A DNA stretch of 64,000 bases from positions 18,052 through 82,051 of the forward strand of contig CAYICS010000001.1 in assembly GCA_964362125.1 (NCBI GenBank), in the 5' to 3' direction. Each line of letters opens with the position of its first letter. Positions within the stretch are counted from its first letter, which is position 1. This document shows positions 36,392-45,734 of this stretch, piece after piece. The stretch is from an uncultured Candidatus Saccharibacteria bacterium (GTDB lineage: Bacteria > Patescibacteriota > Minisyncoccia > UBA6257 > UBA11618). Made by a program: the position numbers and the translations under genes. The notes below the pieces were generated by a model. It saw only the letters and a list, made by a program, of their open reading frames with translations, made no database searches and was not told the DNA's origin.

Positions 36392-37243
36392 ATGCCCGAG
36401 CTGCCGGAAGTACAAACAACTGTTGATTTTTTAAATAAAACTGTCCGGGGGAGGAAGATTGTTGCTGCTTGGTATGATTGGAAAAAACTGAAGCCGGTTG
36501 AAAAAGCGGTTGGTTATAAGATTAAAAACGTCCGTCGTGTTGGGAAGAATATATTGTTTTATCTCGGGGATTCGGATCGGGTCCTATTGGTTCATCAGAA
36601 GATGACCGGGCATATTTTGATTGGCAAGTGGAAAGTTGACGGCAAAAAAATCACGCCAATCTCGCCGCTGGCCTTAAAAGAACGCGTCAATGACTATATC
36701 CACTTTATTTTGACTTTAGATAATGGTCAGATGATTGGCTTGTCAGATTTGCGCAAATTCGGCAAAGTGGCTTTTGGTTCGCGCGAGGAAATTGAAAAGT
36801 CTAAAGAATTGCGTCAGCTCGGCCCGGATGTCTTAGCGGTTTCTTTTGAAGAATTTGCCAAGCGAGTCGCCAGCCGCAACAAAACCATTTACCAAGTTTT
36901 AATGGATCAGACAGTTATATCAGGTATCGGCAATATCTATGCCAGCGAAATTTTGTTTGTGGCGCGGATCCATCCTTTCAAATCAGCCCGCCGGTTGAGT
37001 AGGAAAGAATTAAAAGCTCTTTGGCAAGCCAGCAGAAAAATTCTTAAGCTGGCTCTCAAGCTCGGCGGCACTTCCATTGCCGACTATCGTATGCCCTCCG
37101 GCGAGTCCGGTTATTATCAGAAAAAGCGGTTGATCTATCAGCGCGAAGGCGAAAAGTGCTTCAAGGGTTGCGGCGGGGTCATCAAACGCGCTAAAAAAGG
37201 AGGGCGGTCGGCGTTTTATTGTCCTAGATGCCAGAGGTTATGA
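36392..37243 (+). CDS. mutM: formamidopyrimidine-DNA glycosylase (Fpg/MutM)
   Basis: MPELPEV N-terminus (catalytic Pro2, Glu3), H2TH motif, C-terminal zinc finger CPRCQ. Confidence 0.85.
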   Translation: MPELPEVQTTVDFLNKTVRGRKIVAAWYDWKKLKPVEKAVGYKIKNVRRVGKNILFYLGDSDRVLLVHQKMTGHILIGKWKVDGKKITPISPLALKERVNDYIHFILTLDNGQMIGLSDLRKFGKVAFGSREEIEKSKELRQLGPDVLAVSFEEFAKRVASRNKTIYQVLMDQTVISGIGNIYASEILFVARIHPFKSARRLSRKELKALWQASRKILKLALKLGGTSIADYRMPSGESGYYQKKRLIYQREGEKCFKGCGGVIKRAKKGGRSAFYCPRCQRL

Positions 37244-37959
37244 TTATCTTTCTCTATGGCCCCGACAGCTATCGGCGCCAGCAAAAACAGCGGGAAATAA
37301 TAGAAAAATACAAAGCCAAACACTCGGCTTTGACTATTGACAGGTTTGATTTGGACGAGGAAGGCGCCCCTGACCGATTGAAAGAATTTTTAGAAGCTCG
37401 GTCGCTTTTTGGCGGGAAGAAACTAGCTATAATTTCCGGCTGGGATGATCAGGCGGCTGTTTTAGACGATGAAAGTCTGGTTTTATTAGTCTCAACTGAA
37501 AAAGGCGATCCGCCCAAAGGCGCAAAAGCCGAAGAATTCAAAAATTTAGAAGGGGCTGCTTGGGAAAAGTTTATTAATCAACAGGCTGTTAGCCGGCAGT
37601 TAACATTAAGTCCACAGGTTATCAACGGTTTAGTCACAGCTTATCAAGGGGATTCGTGGGGGCTGATTACAGAGCTTGATCAGCTTACTCTGTGCAATTT
37701 TCAATTACCAATTTTCAATTTTCAATTAAGGTATGATTTTATAGATTTAATCAAACAAATTTCTTGGAAAGGCGACTTATCCACAAAAATACCGGCTTTG
37801 GAAATCCTTCTCCACAACGAGGATCCCGGCAAAATCTTTAATCTCTTGGCCGCTTTCACCGGCAGCAGCCAAAAAATCCAGATGGCTGACTATGATGTAG
37901 CGGTAAAATCGGGAAAATTAGATTATGAAGCGGCGCTTATTGATTTTGTATTAAATTAG
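37228..37959 (+). CDS. putative DNA polymerase III delta subunit (HolA-like, short)
   Basis: N-terminus IIFLYGPDSYRRQQ resembles holA (iyllyGed.yl). Contains an in-frame (AATTTTC)5 heptamer array at 37696-37730. Confidence 0.35.
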   Translation: MPEVMIIFLYGPDSYRRQQKQREIIEKYKAKHSALTIDRFDLDEEGAPDRLKEFLEARSLFGGKKLAIISGWDDQAAVLDDESLVLLVSTEKGDPPKGAKAEEFKNLEGAAWEKFINQQAVSRQLTLSPQVINGLVTAYQGDSWGLITELDQLTLCNFQLPIFNFQLRYDFIDLIKQISWKGDLSTKIPALEILLHNEDPGKIFNLLAAFTGSSQKIQMADYDVAVKSGKLDYEAALIDFVLN

Positions 37960-37974
37960 CATTATAATTATAAT

Positions 37975-38187
37975 ATGCCCGCAAAAATAACAACCACTAA
38001 TTTTGTTGAGGCCAAGAGGGCTGTAAATAAAATTAAACAACTATTGCCTAAACTTACAGAGTCAGAAAAGTTGACCCTGGAGTTGCTTCTAGACCAAGAA
38101 GCAATGGATAACTTAGAAAAAAGCCTGAAAGATGCTAAAGCGGGAAGGATTATATCTTTAGATGAGGCCAAGAGGCAGCTGCTTTAA
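37975..38187 (+). CDS. putative antitoxin (70 aa) of a type II TA pair
   Basis: Small helical protein immediately upstream of, and coupled to (ATG overlaps the stop), the RelE/ParE-like ORF. Confidence 0.45.
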   Translation: MPAKITTTNFVEAKRAVNKIKQLLPKLTESEKLTLELLLDQEAMDNLEKSLKDAKAGRIISLDEAKRQLL

Positions 38188-38471
38188 TGGGTTATTTTAT
38201 TGCTTTTACTAAACACGCGATTAGATTTATGAAAAAATTAGACCCGCAGACGCGGGCTTTTTTGTTAAAAGAAGTCGAGAGATTAAAATTCAATCCTCAT
38301 CAATTTCCAAAACTTTCAGGTAGAGCATCATTTCTCCGCTCCTATCATACTAATTTTCGGGGAGTTGCTTACAGAATCGTTTTTGAAATACGAGAATCTG
38401 CGAAGGAGATTTTAGTTTATTTGGCCGCGCCCCGGAGCAGAGTGTATGAGTTGCTTAAAAGGCTTTTTTAA
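38187..38471 (+). CDS. RelE/ParE-family toxin
   Basis: 94 aa; typical RelE/ParE fold signature (FTKHAIRFMKKLDPQTRAFLLKEVERL ... YRIVFEI...EILVYLAAPRSRVY). Confidence 0.6.
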   Translation: MGYFIAFTKHAIRFMKKLDPQTRAFLLKEVERLKFNPHQFPKLSGRASFLRSYHTNFRGVAYRIVFEIRESAKEILVYLAAPRSRVYELLKRLF

Positions 38472-38505
38472 TATAATTTGACAAATTTGTAGCCCCCCCT
38501 CTACG

Positions 38506-38652
38506 CCGCTTTCTCCGGTGAGGCGGCCCGTGATGGCTTTACAATGGCCATTGAGGATGCGGGAATGGATGTGGATTATGTTATAGAGGACTATAATTCC
38601 GATACCAAAACTTCAGTGACGGCCGCGTTGTCGCTCCTGAAGAGATTGTGAT
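38506..38652 (+). pseudogene. remnant fragment of a LivJ-like ABC substrate-binding protein gene
   Basis: Translates to PLYAAFSGEAARDGFTMAIEDAGMDVDYVIEDYNSDTKTSVTAALSLLKRL, resembling the N-terminal region of the intact SBP at 48989-50110; no start codon and only 49 codons. Confidence 0.35.
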
Positions 38653-38668
38653 TAAGAGGGTGGAGTAA

Positions 38669-38911
38669 TTATTTAGCCGCGGCTACTAACTTACTCAGCC
38701 TCGATTTCAATCTGGCAGCTTTGTTGGAGTGGATGATGTGAGTTTTAGCCGCCTTGTCCAATTTTTTGAAAGCCAAAGACAAATCCCCGGGGGAGAGGGA
38801 TTTTTTGAATTTTTTAATGGCTTCCTTCATAGCCTTCTTTTTGGCCAAGTTGCGTTCATAGCGCCGTTGGCTTTGGCGCAAAGCTTTTTGGGCTGATTTA
38901 GTAATCGGCAT
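38669..38911 (-). CDS. rpsT: 30S ribosomal protein S20
   Basis: Lys/Arg-rich 80 aa; KSAQKALRQSQRRYERN signature. Confidence 0.8.
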   Translation of the reverse strand: MPITKSAQKALRQSQRRYERNLAKKKAMKEAIKKFKKSLSPGDLSLAFKKLDKAAKTHIIHSNKAARLKSRLSKLVAAAK

Positions 38912-38925
38912 AAGTTTATATAGGT

Positions 38926-40740
38926 TTATACAATATCAGAAAGATGTGGTTCATGCAACTTCTTAATGATGGAGGCCGGGATGATGCCCAGCTTCTTGTT
39001 ATAGCGAGCCTGAATTTTTCGGCGCCGCTCAGTTTCAGTAATTGTTTTTTTAATGGAGTCAGTGAGGAAGTCGGCGTAGAGGATTACCTCGCCTTTGATG
39101 GAACGTGAAGCTCGGCCAGCCATTTGCATCAAACTGCGGTGATTGCGCAAAAAACCCTCTCGGTCCGCGTCAAGAATCGCAACCAGAGAAACTTCCGGCA
39201 GATCCAGCCCCTCCCGTAAAAGATTGATGCCCACCAACACATCGACATCGCCCCGCCGCAATTGATTGAGAATTTTCGGTCGCTGCAGAGTTTTGATTTC
39301 CGAGTGCATATAATTGGCGCGGATGCCCCGGGCCAAGAGAAATTCTGTGAGGTTTTCCGAGGCGCGTTTGGTGAGAGTGAGAGCCAGGACTCGTTCGTTG
39401 TTGCGGACACGCTTGGTGATTTCTTCAATCAGATTAGCTACTTGAGAAACCGCCGGCCGGACAATAATTTTTGGATCAAGGATGCCGGTGGGGCGAACCA
39501 ATTGTTCCGCCACCCGGCCGCGCTCTAATTCATATGACCCGGGAGTGGCCGAGACACAAATTGTCTGGCCAATGCGTTGGTTGAATTCTTTAAAAGCGAG
39601 CGGCCGGTTATCAAAGGCTGAAGGCAGACGAAAACCATAATTCACTAAAGTCTGCTTGCGGCGCCGGTCGCTTTCCTGCATCGCCCGCAGTTGAGGAATG
39701 GCAATGTGGGATTCGTCAATAAAGAGCAGAAAGGGGCGGGGGAAGTAGTCAAGTAATGTCAGCGGCGGCTCGCCGGGCTGGCGAAAATCTAAATGGCGGG
39801 AGTAATTTTCAATTCCGTGGACATAGCCTTTTTTCTTAAGCATCTGCAGATCAAAAAGAGTACGGCGTTCCAGCCGGTCGGCTTCTTCAAATTTGCCGGC
39901 GGCCTGCAGTTCGTCCATTCTCTCTTCCATTTCAGTCTTAATGTTGCGCAGAGAGAGATTAAAGAGATGCTGGGGAGTGACCCAAAACTTTGCTGGATAA
40001 ATATCCAGCAAAGTTTGACTTTTGACAGTTGACAATTGATCATTGACCAATTGAATTGTTTTAATTCTTCTTTTTTTGATCTCGATTTCTAGTTTTTCAT
40101 CGGTTACCAAATGTACTTTTACTAAAGTAATTCTACGATCGTGGAGATAGTTTAGTAGAGCGAATTGACCGAGCGCGGGTTCTTGGTTGGGGCGAGCTTT
40201 TTCATAACGGAGGAATTGCAGATGGCGCTCAATGTCTTTTTCGTTGATTATTTGCCCGACGCGCATTTTCAAGCGGGCTTTGCGATAGTTTTCCGGACTG
40301 CCGAGGCCGTAGATGCAGGAAACAGAAGCGATCACAATTGCATCCGGCCGCGACAAAACACTTTGAATGGCGGCGTGGCGCAGTTTATCAATATCCAGAT
40401 TAATCCGGGCGTCTTTTTGAATATAGGTTTGAGTCAGCGGTAGATAGGCCTCGGGTTGGTAGTAGTCGTAAAAAGAAACAAAATAGTGGACAGCATTGCT
40501 GGGGAAGAAGTTTTTGAATTCCTGATAGAGCTGGGCGGCGAGAGTCTTGTTGGGAGAAATGATCAGTGTTGGCAGGTCGGTTTTGGCAATCACCGAAGCC
40601 ATGGTGTAGGTTTTGCCTGATCCGGTGACGCCCAAAAGCACCTGGTCTTTCAGGTTTTCGTCGAGGCCGCCAATTAGCTTTTTAATAGCTTGAGGCTGGT
40701 CGCCTTTGGGCTGAAATTGAGAAATTAGATGGAAACTCAT
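38926..40740 (-). CDS. uvrB: excinuclease ABC subunit B (UvrB)
   Basis: Walker A GVTGSGKTYTMA, beta-hairpin region, DESH box (IDESHIAIPQ), helicase C motifs. Contains half of a CGATCG palindromic element in frame at ~40113-40140. Confidence 0.9.
   Translation of the reverse strand: MSFHLISQFQPKGDQPQAIKKLIGGLDENLKDQVLLGVTGSGKTYTMASVIAKTDLPTLIISPNKTLAAQLYQEFKNFFPSNAVHYFVSFYDYYQPEAYLPLTQTYIQKDARINLDIDKLRHAAIQSVLSRPDAIVIASVSCIYGLGSPENYRKARLKMRVGQIINEKDIERHLQFLRYEKARPNQEPALGQFALLNYLHDRRITLVKVHLVTDEKLEIEIKKRRIKTIQLVNDQLSTVKSQTLLDIYPAKFWVTPQHLFNLSLRNIKTEMEERMDELQAAGKFEEADRLERRTLFDLQMLKKKGYVHGIENYSRHLDFRQPGEPPLTLLDYFPRPFLLFIDESHIAIPQLRAMQESDRRRKQTLVNYGFRLPSAFDNRPLAFKEFNQRIGQTICVSATPGSYELERGRVAEQLVRPTGILDPKIIVRPAVSQVANLIEEITKRVRNNERVLALTLTKRASENLTEFLLARGIRANYMHSEIKTLQRPKILNQLRRGDVDVLVGINLLREGLDLPEVSLVAILDADREGFLRNHRSLMQMAGRASRSIKGEVILYADFLTDSIKKTITETERRRKIQARYNKKLGIIPASIIKKLHEPHLSDIV
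40113..40140. repeat. degenerate copy (left arm plus core) of the CGATCG-centred palindromic element (tactaaagtaattctacgatcgt), in frame inside uvrB
   Basis: 22-mer identical to the left half of the 63441-63478 palindrome; followed by tttagtagag as in the other copies. Confidence 0.6.
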
Positions 40741-40780
40741 AGAAATTGAATTTTAAGCGGCGATTTGTTTTACTATTATA

Positions 40781-41365
40781 GTGATTTACAGCCTCAGGGG
40801 CAATCTGGCGGCTAAAAAAGAAGGATTTGTTGTAGTTGACGTAGCTGGCTTGGGGCATAAAGTTTATGTGGCGCCGCGGATTTTAGAGAAACTGCCGGGG
40901 ATCGGGGAGCCGGTACAGCTTTATTCCTATCTTAATGTCAGGGAAGATGCTTTGGATCTCTATGGCTTTCTTCGGGAAACAGAGTTGTATTTTTTTGAAA
41001 AATTATTGACCATCAGCGGTGTCGGTCCCAAGTCGGCTTTGGCAGTGATGGCAGTGGCAACGGTTGACCAGTTGGCGGCGGCCATTAACGAAGGCAAGCC
41101 GGATCTGCTGGTGCGGGCGCCCGGGGTTGGCAAAAAGACGGCCGAGAGGATAGTCTTAGAGCTGCGCGGTAAACTGCCGACTCTGAAATCTGAAGAAACA
41201 GTCCGGCTGATGGAGGCTGATATTGATGTTGAGGAGGCGTTGGTGGGGTTGGGCTACAGCCGTTCTGACGCCCGGAAGGCAATTGAGAAGCTGGATGGGA
41301 AGACGAAGGGATTGGAAAGTCGGCTGAAAGGCGCTCTCCGGCTTTTGCAGACGAGAAACATCTAA
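40781..41365 (+). CDS. ruvA: Holliday junction DNA helicase RuvA
   Basis: OB-fold N-terminus MIYSLRGNL..., two HhH motifs (ISGVGPKSALAV, APGVGKKTAERI), C-terminal domain. Confidence 0.8.
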   Translation: MIYSLRGNLAAKKEGFVVVDVAGLGHKVYVAPRILEKLPGIGEPVQLYSYLNVREDALDLYGFLRETELYFFEKLLTISGVGPKSALAVMAVATVDQLAAAINEGKPDLLVRAPGVGKKTAERIVLELRGKLPTLKSEETVRLMEADIDVEEALVGLGYSRSDARKAIEKLDGKTKGLESRLKGALRLLQTRNI

Positions 41366-41384
41366 ACATTTAAAGATTTAAAAA

Positions 41385-42626
41385 ATGCGCGATTTTTTTA
41401 ATCGTCTTTTAGAGAAATTTAGAGATATTCCCCTCCTAAAAGTTTTGTATAAACTGCCGTTGGCGCCGTGGTTTTATCATACCTTTCTGGCTTTTATCGG
41501 CGCCTGCATTTATGGATTTCCCGCCAGTAAAATTTTTGTGATTGGCGTGACTGGCACCAAAGGCAAATCAACTGTCATTGAGTTGATTAATGCTATTCTT
41601 GAGGCGGCCGGTAAAAAAACCGCTCTCCTTTCTTCGATTTGGGTGAAAGTCGGCGATAGTTCCCAGCTTAATCCTTTTGGCAATACCATGCCCGGCCGTT
41701 TTTTTATTCAAAACTTTTTAAGTGAGGCGGTAGAGGCTGGTTGCCAGTACGCAATTGTGGAAACAACTTCCCAAGGCGTGGCTTTGAACCGCCATCTGTT
41801 TATTTATTGGCGGGCCGGCGTCTTTACTAATCTCTCGGCCGAACATATTGAGGCCCACGGGTCTTTTGAAAAATACCGCGAGCAGAAACTAAAATTTTTC
41901 CGCTATGTCCATTCATTGGGCGGCAGGATTTTTGTTAATCAAGACGACCGCAACCATCGATACTTTAAGGAAGTGGTTGGCAACAAAACTTGGTTGTATG
42001 GTAAAAGTGATTTGGGAAGCACGTTGGTGGGGGATTTTAATAGATATAATGTCGGAGCGGCGGTGACGGTGGGGCAGTGGTTAGGAGTTAGTGAAGAGGT
42101 TATTAAAAAAGCAGTTGCGGAATTCCCGGGCGTGCCGGGACGGATGGAGTTTATTCAAAAAAAGCCCTTTGTGATAGTGGTGGATTATGCCCACACCCCA
42201 GATTCTTTGCGTAAAGTTTATGAAACTCTGCGGGCGATTAGTCATCCGGAAATTCCTACAAAACTAATCTGTGTTTTGGGGTCGGCTGGCGGCGGCCGCG
42301 ATCGGTGGAAGCGACCGGAGCTGGGCAGAATTGCCAGCGAAATGTGCGATCAGATTATTTTAACCAACGAGGATCCTTATGATGAACCACCTAGCCAGAT
42401 TTTATCTGAGATAAAATCTGGAATTTCTAATGTCCAATTTTTAATTTCTAATGTTCACGAAATTTTAGACAGACAGGAGGCGATTAGAAAAGCTATCAGC
42501 TTGGCCCAGCCGCGGGATACAGTGGTGATCACTGGCAAAGGTAGTGAGCAGTTTATTCATTTAGCCAACGGTCAGAAGCTGCCCTGGAGTGATAAAGAAA
42601 CTGTTAAGGCAGTGATTAAGGGATAG
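41385..42626 (+). CDS. Mur ligase family protein (MurE-like UDP-N-acetylmuramoyl-tripeptide synthetase, lacks the N-terminal domain)
   Basis: P-loop VIGVTGTKGKSTV; middle and C-terminal Mur ligase domains (DYAHTPDSL, GSAGGGRDRWKRPELG). Confidence 0.6.
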   Translation: MRDFFNRLLEKFRDIPLLKVLYKLPLAPWFYHTFLAFIGACIYGFPASKIFVIGVTGTKGKSTVIELINAILEAAGKKTALLSSIWVKVGDSSQLNPFGNTMPGRFFIQNFLSEAVEAGCQYAIVETTSQGVALNRHLFIYWRAGVFTNLSAEHIEAHGSFEKYREQKLKFFRYVHSLGGRIFVNQDDRNHRYFKEVVGNKTWLYGKSDLGSTLVGDFNRYNVGAAVTVGQWLGVSEEVIKKAVAEFPGVPGRMEFIQKKPFVIVVDYAHTPDSLRKVYETLRAISHPEIPTKLICVLGSAGGGRDRWKRPELGRIASEMCDQIILTNEDPYDEPPSQILSEIKSGISNVQFLISNVHEILDRQEAIRKAISLAQPRDTVVITGKGSEQFIHLANGQKLPWSDKETVKAVIKG

Positions 42627-42644
42627 TTTTGTTATAATTGAATA

Positions 42645-43970
42645 ATGAAGTTGACTTTCTATGGCGGTGTTAAAGAAGTCACCGGCGCCAATTATTTGCT
42701 GGAGTCCGGAGATACGAAAATTTTAATTGATTGCGGCCTGAAGCAGGGCAGTAATTATGTGGAAAGACAGAACTGGGAGCCGTTTCCTTATAAACCAACA
42801 GAGATCGAGGCGGTTTTTGTGACGCATACCCATATTGATCACATCGGCCGCCTCCCCCTGCTTTCCAAGAGGGGATTTAGAGGGAAAATTTATTCCACCC
42901 CGCCGACTAAAGAGGCCGCCGCCCTACTGTTGCTGGATTCAATTCATGTCTTGGAGCAGGAGGCCAGGAAGCATAATAAACCGCCCCTTTGCACCGAGGG
43001 TGACGCCCGGGTGGTGATGGAGGCTTGGCAGACAATTGATTACTACCAACCGCTGACCATTGGGAATTTAAAAGTTTCCCTATATAACTCCGGCCATATT
43101 CTCGGTTCGGCCAGTATTCTTTTTGACGATGGTAAAACTAAAATTGTTTTTTCCGGCGATCTGGGTAATAGTCCGGCGCCTCTGCTTGGTGATAAAGATA
43201 ATCTGCCGGAATGCGATTATGCGGTGATGGAATCAGCTTATGGCGGCCGGACGCATGAGGATTTGGAACAGCGCCAGGAAATTTTGGAGGATTTAATAGA
43301 GGAAACTGCCAAGGCCGGCGGGGTTTTAATGATTCCGGCTTTTGCCATGGAGCGGACGCAGGAGATGCTTTATGAAATTGACAAGCTGGCTGATGAGGGG
43401 CGGATCCCCCGGGTGCCGATATTTTTGGATAGTCCCTTGGCCATCCGCCTCACTGATGTTTACAACCAATACAAAAATTATCTTAAAGCTGATGGGGAAA
43501 TCCATTTCAAATTTAAAGATTTAAAAATGACGATGACTACCGAAGAGTCAAAGGCCATCGCCCGGACGCCGCCGCCTAAAGTAATCATCGCCGGTTCTGG
43601 TATGTCCAATGCCGGCCGGATTTTATTTCATGAGAAAAATTATCTATCAGACTCCCACAACACTTTATTGATTATCGGCTATCAAGCCACCGGATCGCTG
43701 GGCCGGCAATTACTTGACGGCGCCAAAGAAGTAAAAATTCTTGGCGAAAAAGTGCCGGTGCGGGCGCGGATTAAAGCCATCGGCGGCTATTCAGCTCATG
43801 CTGACCAGCCGCAGTTGCTCGACTGGCTTAAACCCCAACGGCAACTGCTTAAAAAAATTTTCGTGGTGCAGGGCGAAGATGATCAAAGCGCGGCTTTAGT
43901 CCGGAAAGTCAGAGACGATCTGGCTATTGAGGCAATAATTCCTGATATCGGGGTGAAGTATGAATTATGA
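42645..43970 (+). CDS. MBL-fold beta-CASP family hydrolase (RNase J/CPSF-like RNA-metabolising metallo-beta-lactamase)
   Basis: HTHIDHIG (HxHxDH) motif, Asp/His beta-CASP motifs, about 440 aa. Confidence 0.6.
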   Translation: MKLTFYGGVKEVTGANYLLESGDTKILIDCGLKQGSNYVERQNWEPFPYKPTEIEAVFVTHTHIDHIGRLPLLSKRGFRGKIYSTPPTKEAAALLLLDSIHVLEQEARKHNKPPLCTEGDARVVMEAWQTIDYYQPLTIGNLKVSLYNSGHILGSASILFDDGKTKIVFSGDLGNSPAPLLGDKDNLPECDYAVMESAYGGRTHEDLEQRQEILEDLIEETAKAGGVLMIPAFAMERTQEMLYEIDKLADEGRIPRVPIFLDSPLAIRLTDVYNQYKNYLKADGEIHFKFKDLKMTMTTEESKAIARTPPPKVIIAGSGMSNAGRILFHEKNYLSDSHNTLLIIGYQATGSLGRQLLDGAKEVKILGEKVPVRARIKAIGGYSAHADQPQLLDWLKPQRQLLKKIFVVQGEDDQSAALVRKVRDDLAIEAIIPDIGVKYEL

Positions 43971-43995
43971 ATTATGAATTAGGAATTATGGTATA
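43961..43995 (+). repeat. (ATGAATT)3-AGGAATT-ATGGTAT heptamer array spanning the stop codon of the MBL gene and the TGGTATAAT promoter of the next gene
   Basis: Direct reading; an extended -10 TGGTATAAT at ~43988-43996. Confidence 0.7.
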
Positions 43996-44003
43996 ATTTT
44001 TGT

Positions 44004-44576
44004 ATGCCAACGCGGCACAAAATAAAATATAAAATTTGTATTTCCGGAGCGGCGGAAACCGGCTACTGTTCAGCCGACGCTTTAGAAAAAGCTGAAGAGT
44101 TAGGCAAGTTGGTGGCGCAGGCTGATATGGTGCTGGTTACCGGCGCCACCACTGGCACGCCCTATTGGGCAGCCAAGGGCGCCAAGTCAGCTGGCGGCAC
44201 GGTTATTGGTTTTTCACCGGCGGCCTCGGAAACGGCCCACATCAAGACCTATCATCTGCCCATTGATTATCATGACACCATTGTTTTTACCGGCTTTGAA
44301 TACTCCGGCCGCAATCTTCTTTTAACCCGCGCCGCTGACGCAGTGATTATTGTCTGCGGCCGGATGGGCACACTCAATGAATTCACCATTGCCTTTGAAG
44401 ATCAAAAACCAATTGGGGTGCTGGAAGGAACAGGCATTACTGCTGATCATATCCGGGAGATAGTGGAGAGATCGCATCGCGGCCCGGGCAAGATTGTCTA
44501 TTCTCGCAACCCCAAAGAATTACTGAAAGAGGTCGTACAGCTGATTGATAAGGATAAAGCGATTAATCATCGATGA
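44004..44576 (+). CDS. TIGR00725/LOG-like (SLOG) Rossmann-fold protein
   Basis: ICISGAAETG...LVTGATTGTPYWAAKGAKSAGGTVIGFSP pattern typical of TIGR00725/LOG-family proteins. Confidence 0.45.
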   Translation: MPTRHKIKYKICISGAAETGYCSADALEKAEELGKLVAQADMVLVTGATTGTPYWAAKGAKSAGGTVIGFSPAASETAHIKTYHLPIDYHDTIVFTGFEYSGRNLLLTRAADAVIIVCGRMGTLNEFTIAFEDQKPIGVLEGTGITADHIREIVERSHRGPGKIVYSRNPKELLKEVVQLIDKDKAINHR

Positions 44577-45703
44577 GAAGGCAAACATTTTTATCGGCCG
44601 GATTGCTTTCTGGAGCGATGGTGGGCGCCGGAGTTTTTTCTTTGCCTTATGCTTTTTCTCAATTGGGATTGGCGCGGGGTGTGCTGTGGCTTACTTTTTT
44701 TGCTTGGGTGATGATTGTTTTTCACCTGATGTACGCTGATATTTTATTGCGCACTCCCGGAAAACATAATTTTGTTAGCTTGGCCAAAATTTATCTGGGC
44801 GATTTGGGAGAGTGGGTGGGTTTTATCCTGACAGTGATTCAGATGGTGCTGATTATGGTGATTTATTTGATTTTATTTCTGCGCTTTGTCGGGTTGATTA
44901 TCTCTTTTAGCAATCCTCTGGTTGAACTGGCGGCAGTCTTACTTTTCTGGCTGGGCGGTTCTTTGGCTATTTATGCTGGCCTGCGGCAGTTGGCTTTAGT
45001 GGAAGCCGTGACTTCTGGAGCCATCGCTGTTGTTGTGGCTCTAATCTTCCTTTATGGCTTGCCCAATATCGACGTGGCGGCTGGCTTGCAGCCGGTTGTT
45101 GGCGGCTTGGGTTTGGTAGTGGGGCCATTGTTATTCGCCCTCTCCGGCCGGGCGGCGGTGGTGGAGTTGATTAATTACGCCCGCAAGCAGGATGTGAAAA
45201 AAGTCATCGTCGGCACCGTCATTACCGTCGCCATCTTTTATTTCCTGTTCGTGCTGGGAGTTTTGGCGCTGACTGGCGGAGTAGTCAGTGATGATACAGT
45301 TTCTGGTTTGGTGGGGAAACTGCCGCTGGGCTCAATAGTTTTTATCAGTTTAATGGGACTCTTAGCTCTTTGGCATGCCTATATCATTATCGGTTTTGAC
45401 ATTAATAATATCTTGACAGTGGATTTTCGCTGGCCGCGCTGGTTGGGTTTGGTGGTGGTGGTGATTTTACCAATTTTTATTTATTTGAGCGGCTGGCGGG
45501 ATTTTTTTGGTTTGGTGTCCTTGGTGGGCGGTTCGTTTTTGGCAGCCGAAGGGATTTTTGTGGGAACGATGTGGCTGAAGTTGAAGCGTCACGGCCCCAA
45601 AACAATTTTGCTCAAAGGCGTGCCGGCTTGGTGGATTTATTTGCCGATAATTGTTTTTGTTTTGGTTTTTGTTAATCAATTGACGATTCAGTTTTTGAAA
45701 TAA
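44573..45703 (+). CDS. amino-acid permease-like membrane transporter (about 11 TM)
   Basis: N-terminus LSAGLLSGAMVGAGVFSLPYAF typical of aromatic/amino-acid transporter families. Confidence 0.45.
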   Translation: MRRQTFLSAGLLSGAMVGAGVFSLPYAFSQLGLARGVLWLTFFAWVMIVFHLMYADILLRTPGKHNFVSLAKIYLGDLGEWVGFILTVIQMVLIMVIYLILFLRFVGLIISFSNPLVELAAVLLFWLGGSLAIYAGLRQLALVEAVTSGAIAVVVALIFLYGLPNIDVAAGLQPVVGGLGLVVGPLLFALSGRAAVVELINYARKQDVKKVIVGTVITVAIFYFLFVLGVLALTGGVVSDDTVSGLVGKLPLGSIVFISLMGLLALWHAYIIIGFDINNILTVDFRWPRWLGLVVVVILPIFIYLSGWRDFFGLVSLVGGSFLAAEGIFVGTMWLKLKRHGPKTILLKGVPAWWIYLPIIVFVLVFVNQLTIQFLK

Positions 45704-45707
45704 AAAA

Positions 45708-45734
45708 GCGCGGCTAGGCGAGCCTAGCCGCGGC
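45708..45734 (-). terminator. hairpin (cgcggctagg cgag cctagccgcg) followed on the minus strand by a T-run; overlaps the stop of the minus-strand gene
   Basis: Perfect 10-bp stem; minus strand continues CTTTTTTATTTC. Confidence 0.45.
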
